From a virus (taxonomy: Duplodnaviria; Caudoviricetes), in IMG/VR virus record IMGVR_UViG_3300020042_006260, positions 1 to 38,224 of that record: a stretch of DNA of 38,224 nucleotides, one strand, 5' to 3'. Below, piece by piece: positions 26,701 through 35,900 of the stretch (position 1 is its first letter; each line of letters opens with the position of its first letter). The notes under the pieces are model-generated. The model was not told where the DNA came from. It was given only the letters and a program-made list of their open reading frames with translations, and did no database searches. Both the position numbers and the translations under genes were made by a program.

Positions 26701-28119
26701 ATTGGCAGGACATTCTCACTAGGGAACAGAGTAACTACTGTTACTGCACAGGACTACAGAAGAATTAGAAGGTTTGCGGACATGACATATAGTGGTGTCT
26801 ATAACTTTGAGAGCAATGTAAATAAGCTTAACGAGTTTAATCTTGGACTATTTAACTACAAGTACCTAGAGATATCATTTGGTCCCATCTTCATACTAGA
26901 TGGTCGTGAGACAGACGTGCTTGTACTACAGGAAGATAAGATATCCTACGTACTTGCCAGCAAGAATTTAATATCTGACTCAGCAGGAGGTGGTGCCATA
27001 TCATCAGTACCTGAGATACTTGGCACTCAAATTGCTAGGCCAGAGGATTTTGGTATTAGCTTTCATCCAGAGAGTTACGTTCAGTGGGGATACGACAGGT
27101 TCTTTACAGATGTAAAGCGTGGTGCTGTACTTCAATTAAGAGGCAATGACCTTTCTGTAATATCAGAGATGGGCATGAGAACTTGGTTTAGAGATGAGTT
27201 CATTGAGTCATTCAATACTCAAAAGCTAGGCGGATATGATCCGTATCTAAATGAGTACGTTCTAAGTACTAACTCTCAGGAGTTACCTAGACCACTCGAT
27301 TGTTTGGCATGTGGAATTGCTCAGACATTTACTATACCAACTGGTAATACATTAACTTATTGCGTTGACTTAAATCAGCCTGTTGGCACTGTTAATATAC
27401 CATATACTGTACCTGCTGGATCATTATCTAACTTTACTATATCGGTAACTTACGATGGTTCAACTCAGACTTCTGGTCTTGTAAATGTGTCAGGATCATT
27501 GCAGTTTAATAAGAATAAGAATAATGTTAATGAAGCTACCGTTACAATAACAGCAGCAGGGCCTCTTGAGATTACTGTAACACCTGGTTGTCCTGTAGAA
27601 CAGACACTTACTATAGTGAATGTAACATTGACTAGTGTTTTTGATGCAGGCAAGTTCATACATAATCAGTACAGATATACTGCTGGAACTTTTGTATCAC
27701 CATTGCAGTCAACTCTTGTTGAATTTTCAACAGATGATACCAGCCCTGTGGTTTCTCAATACGATACAATTACAGGAGCAGTTGGTTCATCAGGCATCCC
27801 AACAGCGGGATCTAGCTTACAAATTATATCGAATAAGATTGACTTTGACACATTTGATTTTGTATTAGGTCAAGATAAGTTTAGATATATTCGTAGCAAT
27901 ACGTTATATCCAAATACTTCTGTAGGAATTTCAAACTTACTAGCCGCATCTACATTGGTCTCACCAATAACAGGTGCCGCTGGATTCTACTCAGGATCTT
28001 TCGTTGTTCCTAGTGTCGGTCAGTACCTATATCTAATTTGGGATTATAGAAACTCATTAGCTACAACTCTTTGTTACTCTAATACAAATACTCTAGATGC
28101 ATGCTGTGGCTGTGCATAA
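23710..28119 (+). CDS. Tail nozzle / 'muzzle' (stabilisation) protein, N-terminal part
   Basis: F..GKMNK..DERL.P.GEY.DALN start; FFTD.YNPPR.IN; FAYRY.Y.DGE.S..S; GNRLMYGNY.EG; SLHSNR.YE.GIVY.D; GGYDP...EY. Confidence 0.75.
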   Translation: MANITRNFIAGKMNKVVDERLIPDGEYIDALNIRMGSTENSEIGVIENSKGNSKLTTIKYVNGTALSSSARCIGTIAENTSETIYWFIHDSNFPVGATGKLDMIVSFNVYNNILTYHLISINDGGGDNTTLNFDPGYLITGVSIIDDLIFFTDDYNPPRVINRFKNYADPVGNIDQFSAESILVIKKPPVQSPGVTLINTGDESNFLENRYICFAYRYLYEDGEYSATSQWSAPAFQPKQFDFSINSYLNDGMQNQFNAARVTYNTGGPLVVGIDLLFKEANSNVIKVIEKLNKADLGFTNNTDRTYTFTNSKIFTILPDSELLRLYDNVPLLAKAQTIMGNRLMYGNYVEGYDMVDILGNPINLQYSTNLISEDIDNAEINNSLASGTYNFGPPETIPNSVVYLDLSPFELVAGASITVDMTFDHEGFAGDTPFPTQTNGSVSLNFSFVLPRSYSSVYELASSIEFQEAIGLSGNIQTVANSCDGTTLTDQFNCSLLMNLNALIKYQSGIGSAGQGLGIITSPASESIGIQLLTMRYVNNTTTPTVSVYEYFEYTFVNAFYQKINTARSLHSNRGYEIGIVYMDDFNRSTTALVSPNNTVHVPCSASDSKNSIQVTIPVTQNVPYWATRYKFVIKPDQENYDIIYSSIFFNDPLTNNVYFLLEGENSRKVQVGDRLIVKADTNGPTNTCVYTTVLEKESQAAGFIEIPSELNPAVDIPVPAGVYIKINPNNFSVVKDQSSIIAPGTIQVDENDAGQYPILKYPMNSKRVVGYDPAHPTWVYEDYTVPAGSRIKIDLKFQRLGPGAGNGDCSRRIYTLEKTMIASANYDSMIDWFDGDNVQVVLNEGISEVGGDDCEIENEYIPTVTNSDNPGITNPEKCVNKYRFYRNTTTNELALLISGTVRCSGVAERQKRRSTVIATFEVFRADTTIIFETEPSDALPDVFFENELSLPIVNGYHGGNVQNQTSSLPAIIDTQFFNCFAFGNGAESYKILDSIIGRTFSLGNRVTTVTAQDYRRIRRFADMTYSGVYNFESNVNKLNEFNLGLFNYKYLEISFGPIFILDGRETDVLVLQEDKISYVLASKNLISDSAGGGAISSVPEILGTQIARPEDFGISFHPESYVQWGYDRFFTDVKRGAVLQLRGNDLSVISEMGMRTWFRDEFIESFNTQKLGGYDPYLNEYVLSTNSQELPRPLDCLACGIAQTFTIPTGNTLTYCVDLNQPVGTVNIPYTVPAGSLSNFTISVTYDGSTQTSGLVNVSGSLQFNKNKNNVNEATVTITAAGPLEITVTPGCPVEQTLTIVNVTLTSVFDAGKFIHNQYRYTAGTFVSPLQSTLVEFSTDDTSPVVSQYDTITGAVGSSGIPTAGSSLQIISNKIDFDTFDFVLGQDKFRYIRSNTLYPNTSVGISNLLAASTLVSPITGAAGFYSGSFVVPSVGQYLYLIWDYRNSLATTLCYSNTNTLDACCGCA

Positions 28120-28129
28120 ATAATTTAAT

Positions 28130-29341
28130 ATGGCAACATCAGGAACATTTTATTTAGATGCCCCATCACTTAGCACCGCTACGGTGGTATACTCAAACGC
28201 TGCACTAACAACAGTAGCTGCAAATGGATACTATTCGGATGGATCTATTGTTAGACAGCAAGTGTCTGGGGTATTGTTACCTCAGATTATCTGTCCATCA
28301 TGCTCTACACCATGTGGAAGCACTATAAGTGCCAATGGTACACAGGGTGTATATTACTTAAATACAAATCTTGGTAGCCCTACTGGAGCGGTAATTATTA
28401 GGTTTAATCCTACATCTGTACCAGAGGGAGTTAAGGCTGTTTATAATAGTATTGTTTATAATGGATTATCATCCCCATCATTTGGATGGAGACAAGGTAC
28501 AGCAGGGTTAACTACTTATCTTGGTGCTACCGGATCTGATTGTGGTATAGTTGCAGGATCTCCTTACACGCTTAATGAGTTTCAATATAACGGTACAACA
28601 TTTGCTGCTTTAGGTACTACAGAATCTGTAACTATAGCCGCAGGACAAATGAAGTTGACTGCCACAGCACCTGGTAATTGTGTTATGGTAATACCAAAGA
28701 CAGCAGCATCTCCATCTATTATAAACTTTACATTTGTTGGGCCATGTACTGGAGCCGTATTTAACATTTCAGTTTCTTGTCCAGCTGCCTTACCATCATT
28801 TGCTTCAAGTACTCTTAATGCTAGTAGTGCATTGGCATGTTCTGATGCTATTGATCAGACATACTATGTGGCCTATGTTAATGGTGCTGCTGGTGTACTT
28901 GGTTTATATGACTTAGTATTTAGTGATGCTAATGGTCAATTTAAACTTGGTGCAGGGTACTATAAGACCACTGCTGCTGGAGCCAACAACTGGTTTCAAG
29001 TGGATGCTAATGGTGTTATTATTGCATTTGGTAGCTGTACATCTAATCAATTTACAGTATACTTTGATGTGACTACAAGTCCTAATACTTACGGATGGGG
29101 TAGTTCTGTATCTGCTTGTGCAGGGACTGGTACACCTTTAACAGTATACATTACTGGAACAGCATCTTCTTTATTTGAGGCGGTAGTAACATTGGGTAAA
29201 GTACTATACACAAACGTAGGACTTACTACACCTTTAAATGGTAACAATACACACTATAAGACTGTGTCGGCTCCTGCTTTAGGAGAGACATTATTAATTG
29301 ATGGAGTTGGAGTAACTTCAAGTTGGGGAGGACCTTGTTAA
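28130..29341 (+). CDS. Cys/Gly/Thr-rich tail appendage protein
   Basis: Repeated small modules (Y....LTT...NG.Y; SAC/LAC) and CPSCSTPC. Confidence 0.65.
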   Translation: MATSGTFYLDAPSLSTATVVYSNAALTTVAANGYYSDGSIVRQQVSGVLLPQIICPSCSTPCGSTISANGTQGVYYLNTNLGSPTGAVIIRFNPTSVPEGVKAVYNSIVYNGLSSPSFGWRQGTAGLTTYLGATGSDCGIVAGSPYTLNEFQYNGTTFAALGTTESVTIAAGQMKLTATAPGNCVMVIPKTAASPSIINFTFVGPCTGAVFNISVSCPAALPSFASSTLNASSALACSDAIDQTYYVAYVNGAAGVLGLYDLVFSDANGQFKLGAGYYKTTAAGANNWFQVDANGVIIAFGSCTSNQFTVYFDVTTSPNTYGWGSSVSACAGTGTPLTVYITGTASSLFEAVVTLGKVLYTNVGLTTPLNGNNTHYKTVSAPALGETLLIDGVGVTSSWGGPC

Positions 29342-29344
29342 ACT

Positions 29345-30151
29345 ATGGCAAACTACACACTATCATATAGCGAATCAGCAGGGGGATGGCCATCATTCTA
29401 CTCCTTCATTCCTGACTACATGATTGGGATGAACAACTACTTCTACACATTTAAGGGAGGTAACTTGTATCGTCACAATGTAAACGAGACCAGGAATAAC
29501 TTCTATGGTACTCAGTACAACTCTAGACTACAGAGCGTATTTAACGTGTCTCCACTTGAGAACAAGATATTTAAGACATTAAACTTAGAGGGCAACTATA
29601 GCTGGGCAACTTTGATGGAGACAGACATTCAGACATCTGGATTTATTGAGGCTGCTTGGTATGAGAAGAAGGAGGCATCATGGTTTGCGTTTGTAAGAAA
29701 CGCAGGAACAGTGCCAGCTCAGCAATCACAATATGCTCTTAGATCAGTGAATGGCATTGGGTTAAGTCAGAACGTAACAGGAGCTGCGGCATCATTAACC
29801 GTATCGTTCCCTATATCTCCAGACCTAACAGAGATTGGAAGCATTGTAAGTGTAGGTGACTACTTGTACTACAGCCTACCAGCATCATATTCAACACCAA
29901 TATTGTGTGGTCAGATTACTAGCATTGTAGTGGACTACTTAACAGGTAACAACAAGATAATTGTTAATGCCTCAATAGCTGGGGGTGGTATCCCTCCTAT
30001 AACTACCCCATTCTTTATGTATATTAAGGGATCAGTAGCTGAGTCACATGGTGTACTAGGTCACTACTGCGTATTTACTTTGGAGAATAGCAGGACTGAT
30101 AAGGTAGAGTTATTTGCAGTTGAGTCAGAAGTAATGAAAAGTTATCCTTAA
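29345..30151 (+). CDS. Tail protein, likely C-terminal part of the nozzle/muzzle
   Basis: TLSYSE..GGWPSFYSF.P......NN..YTFK.G.LY.H......NNFYG...P...K.FKTL.LEG...ELFAV.S.V.KS. Confidence 0.65.
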   Translation: MANYTLSYSESAGGWPSFYSFIPDYMIGMNNYFYTFKGGNLYRHNVNETRNNFYGTQYNSRLQSVFNVSPLENKIFKTLNLEGNYSWATLMETDIQTSGFIEAAWYEKKEASWFAFVRNAGTVPAQQSQYALRSVNGIGLSQNVTGAAASLTVSFPISPDLTEIGSIVSVGDYLYYSLPASYSTPILCGQITSIVVDYLTGNNKIIVNASIAGGGIPPITTPFFMYIKGSVAESHGVLGHYCVFTLENSRTDKVELFAVESEVMKSYP

Positions 30152-30156
30152 ATTTG
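30149..30156 (+). promoter_or_regulatory. Bacteroidota -7 element
   Basis: TAAATTTG overlapping the upstream stop codon, 4 nt before ATG 30161. Confidence 0.6.
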
Positions 30157-30160
30157 CAGC

Positions 30161-30571
30161 ATGGGGATCTTAGTAAGACAACTAAACTCAAGTGACTACG
30201 ATGATATCCTTGTCAAGCTATGGGAAGGGTGGGGATGGGTTGCTCCTAGTCGGGACTTCTTGCCAGATAATGGTGCCGGTGGATTGATTGTATTTGATGA
30301 TGATGTGCCAGTATGCGCAGGGTTTATATACACTATGAATGCTAAGGTGGCATGGGTTGAGTGGATAATATCCAACAAGAACTACAGAAAGAAGCCGACA
30401 AGAAAAGAGGCATTAAATCTTCTTATCTTTACATTGACTAAAGTTTGTGAGAGTAAGGGAGTAAAGTATATTTTCTCAAACAACGACAATAAACATTTGA
30501 TTGACCGATTTGTAGACAGTGGGTTTATAAAGGGGTCTACTAATTCTACAGAACTAATAAAAGTATTTTGA
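30161..30571 (+). CDS. GNAT-fold acetyltransferase-like protein
   Basis: VRQL...DY, PVCAGFIY, AWVEWIISNKNYR, GVKYIF...N..LI..F...GF. Confidence 0.65.
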   Translation: MGILVRQLNSSDYDDILVKLWEGWGWVAPSRDFLPDNGAGGLIVFDDDVPVCAGFIYTMNAKVAWVEWIISNKNYRKKPTRKEALNLLIFTLTKVCESKGVKYIFSNNDNKHLIDRFVDSGFIKGSTNSTELIKVF

Positions 30572-30572
30572 T

Positions 30573-31487
30573 ATGGGACTAACAGCCGCAGGTATCGTAG
30601 GTATAACAACTGCATTAGGAAGTGCAGGGGCTTCATTTACTCAAGCAGGAAAGCAAAAGGAACTGACTAAGAAGGCTGATGCAGCTGCTAAACGTGCTAT
30701 TGCTAAAGCTAAGTCAGAACTTGATGTAAACTTTTATGAGAAGATAGGTATTCAGAGGGAGGCATATGAGCGTGAGCGTGAGGCTCTTCTATCGGCAGGA
30801 GCACAGGCTATTCAGGCAGGCCAAGAGAGTGAGCGTGGAGGAGCAGCAACCGCAGGCCGTGTACAGATGGCTATGAACGAAGGACAGAGACAGATTGCAG
30901 GAGCAATGGGTCAGGAGCTCACCGGCCTTGAGACTATTACTGCACAGGAGGATGCTAGATTAAATTTAGCTAAGGCTAATCTTGATTTGGCTCAGGCAGA
31001 AGGAGCAATGTCTGCATCAGCTCAGGGGGCAGCTCAGCAGGCCGCATCAATAAGCAACGCATTCTCTTCAATAGGAAGTGCAGGACAGCAGTATCTACAG
31101 GGATCTGAGCTATATAAGCAAACAGAGGGGTCAAGAGGCTTGTCTAAACTTAATAAAGAATACCAGAAGGCTATTGATAAGGACACCTTAGGCAAAAGAT
31201 TTATAGATCCTAGCACTGGAAAACCCCTTCCATTTAACCAGGCTATAGCTAGAATGGAGGGATTTGAGAAGGACCTATCTAAGACTTTAAGCATGACTGA
31301 TTTTGAGGCTAAGTCTTACTTGGCTGACAGACCTGATTTAATAAAGGAATTAAATAACCTAGGATTTGGAAGTAATAATGAGTATGTGGCCCCTGTGGCA
31401 CAGGCTCAGCAAGGCATAAGGCTTAAAAATCTTACTAACTTTCAGTTTGCACCAGGCTTACAATCTCAATTTAATAAAGGATTTTAA
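30573..31487 (+). CDS. Putative internal virion / ejection protein
   Basis: N-terminal Gly/Ala hydrophobic stretch and A/Q-rich coiled coil; position after tail genes. Confidence 0.65.
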   Translation: MGLTAAGIVGITTALGSAGASFTQAGKQKELTKKADAAAKRAIAKAKSELDVNFYEKIGIQREAYEREREALLSAGAQAIQAGQESERGGAATAGRVQMAMNEGQRQIAGAMGQELTGLETITAQEDARLNLAKANLDLAQAEGAMSASAQGAAQQAASISNAFSSIGSAGQQYLQGSELYKQTEGSRGLSKLNKEYQKAIDKDTLGKRFIDPSTGKPLPFNQAIARMEGFEKDLSKTLSMTDFEAKSYLADRPDLIKELNNLGFGSNNEYVAPVAQAQQGIRLKNLTNFQFAPGLQSQFNKGF

Positions 31488-31490
31488 GGT

Positions 31491-32936
31491 ATGGATAATT
31501 ACTACAAATTCGCTGAGAGGCAAGCAGACAGTTTTGTAAACTGGGCAGAGATTGGTAAGGGTCTTACTGATATGATCCAGACAGAGGTGAAAATCCGTGA
31601 GGACAAGAAGGCCAACATAGATAAGGTAACTAGAGAAAATTTAAAGACATTAGCAGACTCACCTACAGGTCAGCACGAGGGTATTAATACCTGGACACTT
31701 AAGTATGCTGATGATGCAAGGCAGGCTATCCTATTGCAGGACAAGCTATTGAAGCAGGGTCTGCTAAAGATGAAGGACTACACCATCATGAGACAGAATT
31801 TAAATGATGGAACGGATGAATTGTTTAGTACTGTAAAGGGGTATCAGCAGGTATTCAAAGAGAAGATGGACCGCTTAAACAGCAATGATCCAGCTAATAA
31901 ATCTCAACAACTTGAAGTAGACTTAATGTCTATGATAGAAGGATTCTCAGATTTCTCTAAGTCAAAGGTGTTAATTGACCCAACTAATTTCTCATTAAGT
32001 GTTGGCATAATGGAGCCTGATCCTGAGAACGATGGTGTGCTTAGGGTTAGTAAGGAGGTCGCTACAACAAGCTTCTTAAAAAAGGTTCAGAACATGAAGT
32101 TTAATTACTTTGATTCTGAAGCAGCGGCTACGCAGACATCTAAAAATATAGGCAGTTATCTGACTACTGTAATTGGAGAGGGAACTAGATTAGAAGGATC
32201 AACCCTTACTGTTGAGGATGCATTAGCAAAGCCTGAGACAGAGAAATATATTCGTCAAAAAATAAAGTCTTTACTAAGTAATCCATATAATGTAACATCA
32301 ATACTAACTGAGGACCTTGTAGAAGATAAAGATGGAAATCCATACGTATCTAGCATATCTGGCAAAGAAGGAAACGTTATAAAATATGCTTTTAATAGTG
32401 AGTCAAATTTACCAGTTGCTATTCCAACTGAGGAGCAGATGAAGGCAGCTGAGGATTACATGTATGGTATGATTGTTTCTCAAGTTGATTACAAAAAAAT
32501 AGAGGGAAGGTATTCAAAGCCACAGCCTAATGTAGGAAGAGCTGAAGAGAAACCTACTGGCCCAAGTATTGATATTCAGAATACATACATATCAAGGGTT
32601 AAGGAAAAAACAGGATTAGCTAAAGAAGCTTTTGGTCATTCAGGTTCCACAACTGCCGGAAATCTTCAATCAATTATTGCTATGGTGGTTCCTGGAGCTC
32701 CTATTGGTGTTGTAACAGACGAAAAGGTAGATGGATTAGTTCATTTAAAAAATGGAGATCAGATTATTAAATCGTTTAATGTGTATAAGATTGACAGACC
32801 AACTCAGCAAAAATATTTAGATGAATTTACAAAAATCATTTCTAATTTAGCAGGCACAGATGGGATGTATGATTACCTTTCAAGAACCGGGGGAGTACAG
32901 CAATCAGGTGGAGCTTCACAATTTAATCCTAAATAA
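31491..32936 (+). CDS. Putative internal virion / ejection protein
   Basis: 481-aa helical protein (VNWAEIGK..TD); stop overlaps the giant ORF start (TAATG). Confidence 0.6.
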   Translation: MDNYYKFAERQADSFVNWAEIGKGLTDMIQTEVKIREDKKANIDKVTRENLKTLADSPTGQHEGINTWTLKYADDARQAILLQDKLLKQGLLKMKDYTIMRQNLNDGTDELFSTVKGYQQVFKEKMDRLNSNDPANKSQQLEVDLMSMIEGFSDFSKSKVLIDPTNFSLSVGIMEPDPENDGVLRVSKEVATTSFLKKVQNMKFNYFDSEAAATQTSKNIGSYLTTVIGEGTRLEGSTLTVEDALAKPETEKYIRQKIKSLLSNPYNVTSILTEDLVEDKDGNPYVSSISGKEGNVIKYAFNSESNLPVAIPTEEQMKAAEDYMYGMIVSQVDYKKIEGRYSKPQPNVGRAEEKPTGPSIDIQNTYISRVKEKTGLAKEAFGHSGSTTAGNLQSIIAMVVPGAPIGVVTDEKVDGLVHLKNGDQIIKSFNVYKIDRPTQQKYLDEFTKIISNLAGTDGMYDYLSRTGGVQQSGGASQFNPK

Positions 32937-35900
32937 TGAACGAACAGGCTTTAAATTATTCGTATGAACTATTCAAGAAGGATGGCTATACCGGAACACT
33001 TGATCAGTATAAACAACTTATAAGTACAGACAAACAAGCTCTTGATTATTCATTCAATCTATTTAAGAACGATGGATACTCTGGAAGTTTGGATGATTTC
33101 AATGGACTTATTAGCCCTATGGCTGAGACGCCTCTTGTTCAATCACCTATTGAGCCAGTAAAAAAAAAAGATACGGGATTACCATCTGTGGATGGTGGTT
33201 CGGAGCCTGCAAAGTCTGATGGCTTAGAGTCTCTTGCTGTTAAAGTTCAAGATGAACGTATATTAAATAAGAAACCTAGAGTAGAGAGACCTATAGTTTC
33301 TAGTGAGTCAATTAAGGCTGATCCTGATCAAATTGACTTTGATAGTAAGGTTCAGAAACAAAAGGTTTCTGCTCCAATGTCTTATTCAAATATTTTTGCA
33401 AAAACAATAGCAGATCTTCCATCAGACTTAGCTGAAACTTGGTCTGTTGCATCAGCATTTATAGAAAGACAGCTTGGTAAAGCCGGGGTCCCTGGGGCTA
33501 ATCCTAATTTAACAGCTAAGGATATCTATTTTTATAATGTAAGTGATGATTGGAGAAAATATACCGATGAAGTTTTCCCTACTAACCAAGAGGATAGATC
33601 TACATTTTTAGGTGGTGTTGTTTCTGGGCTAGGACAGGTTGTTCCAATGGTTGTGTCTGGAGGTATATCAGCCGTATCAAAAGGTAAAGCGGCTATGGAT
33701 ATAGCAAAGACTGCATTAAGTACCGGAACAAAACTTACTCCATTTATAAAAATGGGTAAGGATATAGCAAGTCAAGCAGCATCTCCAGCGGGATTAATAG
33801 GTGGATCTCAAATGTCTTCAGCAATGTATAGAGAGGCTATAAATTCTGGAGCAACAGAAGATCAGGCGCAGAAATATGCTATTGAAAACTTCTTTGTTGG
33901 AACAGTTGTGGAGTCACTTCCAATACAGTCAATGTTCTCAAGAATGTTAAAGAAGGAACCTACTGCAAATATTTTGAGAATATTAAAAGAAGGCGGTATT
34001 GGAGCAGGTCAAGAGGCGATAACAGAGATGTGGCAAACGACTTATTCTAACTGGTCTGCCGAAAGAATATATGACTTTAATAGAGAGATGCTAGATGGTG
34101 TTGGCGAAGCTGGAGCAGTTGGTGGCACTGTTGGATTTATATTAAATGCATCATTGAATGCATTATTAGGAAGAAGAGCTAGAGTTAAAACAAAGGAAGA
34201 GGGAGAAATTTTAGATAAGTCAATAGATGAGGTTAAGTCAAAAATAAATACTGTAAATACAAACAATGAAAACATATCATCTGTTGCTGAGGAACTAGAT
34301 TCTATAGAGCCAATTGTTTTAAATTACGGAGACTCTAAATACTTTTTTGCTAGAGATAAATCTGGCAGAATGGAATTAGCTGATGAACCTATGCTTGAAG
34401 ACCAAGCAAAGTCAATGTCTAATATGCTTGGAAAAGTTTATAAAGGACTTGAATTTTCTATTGAAGAGGTGGCATCTAATGATCCATACACTCCAGTAAA
34501 ATATAATGTTATTGCTAACGAAAAAATAAACGAACAACAAGATGCCATTCAAAAGCAAGCAGCAGGTGAAGTACCTGTACAGCCAGGAGCCACAGTTAGC
34601 CAAGAAGTGGCGCAAGGAGAACCCCAAGCAGAACCTAAAGGCGTTACCAAAGAAGAAGAAGTAAACATTGAAAGGAAGGCAGAAAACAAAAACACTGAGG
34701 TAAAAAATGTCTCATTTAATGAAGAACAAACAACTGTTAATGATGAGGGTATTTTTGAATTAGCTTTTGAAGGACCTTTATTAGATAATTATGATTTTCT
34801 ATCACAAGGAAGTGAGAGCAGGGTTTACTTGAGTAAAGATAAGAGTCATGTAATAAAATTATCAGAGCCTTACACTTCTAAAGACCCTAATGTTTATGAA
34901 AAAAGAGTTACGACTGGATTATTAAAAGATATATTTGGTAACTCTGGTGTAGAGGTTGTTGGGTACTATGAATATAATGGTACAAAAAATCCAATATTTA
35001 GACAGGACTATGTAGAGGGTCAGCCTCTAACGGAAAATGAAGTTGAAGATTATCTAAGAAACAATAATAAAGTTGTTGAGATTGATAATAAATTCTACAC
35101 TAAATACAATGACGTACTATATAGAGTATCTGATTTTGAAAACAATTTAATCAGAGATAACAGTGGTAAGGTGGTTCCAATTGATTTGAATATTTCTGAA
35201 GTAAAAGATAGTAAGATTAATGATAAGTATGATTCAGAGGTATCTGCATTACAACCTCAAGTCGTTGCTAAAGAAGGTCAAACCCAAGAAGTAGTAGATG
35301 TATTTCATGGAGGGTCAGTTAAAGATATTCAAATTGCATCAATAAACAATCCACTATATGTTTCAGAATCTGAATCTCAATCTGCTGCCTATGCAAAAGG
35401 AAATCAAGGCAGTGTTGCTAAATTTAAAATAGATAAAAGTAAAATAGCAAATGAAGATGAGGTAAGATCTGTTATTAATGAGTTAGGATTAAAGCCGAAA
35501 GATGAAAGTTGGTCAGTAGATGAGTTGAATATATACGAACTTATTGATCCGAATTTTGATACTGCTATGTCTGAAGAATCTATCAATAATCTTTTTGGAG
35601 AATTAGAAAGAAGAGGATACGGTGGTGCTGAATTCGTGGGTATGAATATCGAGACCTTAAAAAATGACATCAACGATATTGTAATATTTAATCCTAAGTT
35701 AGTTGCTCAAGAAGGTCAAGTAGAAGTATCACCTGTATCTCCTACTCAGCAGTTAGATTTAGAAGGAGAGGTAGCCTTACTTGAGCAGTTACTTGCACAG
35801 GAGGAGACTGCACCTACTGTATCCGCTGGTATATCAATATTAAGTGATACTGATGTACAGGAATTGAGAAATAAAACTCAATCAAGATCTCAACAAGCCA

